Below are positions 63,376-64,000 of a DNA stretch of 64,000 nt, piece after piece (the first letter of the stretch is position 1; each line of letters opens with the position of its first letter). Source of the stretch: Trichoplax adhaerens. Lineage: Eukaryota > Animalia > Placozoa. The stretch lies in contig NW_002060950.1 in NCBI RefSeq assembly GCF_000150275.1, forward strand, positions 1,228,106-1,292,105. The letters are read 5' to 3'. The position numbers were made by a program, and so were the translations under genes. The notes under the pieces were generated by a model, which was not told where the DNA came from, ran no database searches, and worked only from the letters and a program-made list of their open reading frames with translations.

Positions 63376-64000
63376 AGTTAATTATTTTGTCTTGCAGACC
63401 CGTGTACCACAGTCAGAAGCGATCTCTGAATGATAAATCGCTACTTTATTTTTGATAATTTTATAGGTTATGGAATGCTAACTCTATTGAAATTTGATTT
63501 AATTGTGTTCAACCTTGATATTATGTGTCAATGAATAAACTTTGCTGCCGGCTATGCTTGAAATCTCAAGAGACCTCCACAATTATCTCAATCAGAGGAG
63601 GGGAAATGCTAAGAAAACCTAGATTGTTTTCCTATGAAGCTTAGGTCTAGCCATATCCAAAAACATGTACTAGCCGCGATGTTGGTTTCTATTATATCCA
63701 TCTAGTCATTCTACAGGTTACCTACGGGTATATTGTTATACGACGACTAGTCTGTCAATGACTAGCTTATAATGTCTATTACACTCCACATGACAATGCA
63801 CAGAAATAATGCTGCAGCAGGAAAGCAGACCGAATCGCTGACCACTGAGCTCTATTCAATCAATTGTATTCCTTCTGTTTTGTCTTTACAATTCAGCTTG
63901 TCTATGCATTACAAAAAGATCCCTCATTATTATTATTATCGTCTATAAGTCCGTCGAGCTAGTAATAAAACGTCATTTAGAAATCAATAATGTTTATACT

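Noticed and set aside
63564-63573. TCTCAAGAGA as an autoregulatory COE site upstream of COE
   Set aside because: Two mismatches from TCCCNNGGGA, and an equivalent site occurs at about 5806, so it is not distinguishable from chance.

Overview
AT-rich (roughly one-third GC) eukaryotic genomic DNA with compact genes and mostly short GT-AG introns. Gene content and style suggest an early-branching animal, most likely a placozoan such as Trichoplax (inference only). Eight protein-coding genes can be assembled: an uncharacterised multipass membrane protein running off the left edge (-), HtrA2/Omi protease (+), galactocerebrosidase GALC (-), PRC1/Ase1 (+), STK32/YANK kinase (-), an LRRC27-like protein (+), an intronless 305-aa orphan (-) and the COE/EBF transcription factor (-). 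Most short ORFs in the track are exon fragments or spurious. Non-coding structure includes a 4x~189-bp tandem array, a 3x~210-230-bp degenerate array, a 166-bp Tc1/mariner-type MITE, an RFX X-box, a G2/M-type promoter and a possible gag relic. The most striking signal is a set of promoter-proximal tracts built from TA plus CAG/CTG/CCG/CGG/CACTG/CAGTG units in mixed orientation. These match stacked Tc1/mariner excision footprints, and an intact CAG...CTG MITE still sits in one tract. All gene models were assembled by eye and no searches were run.
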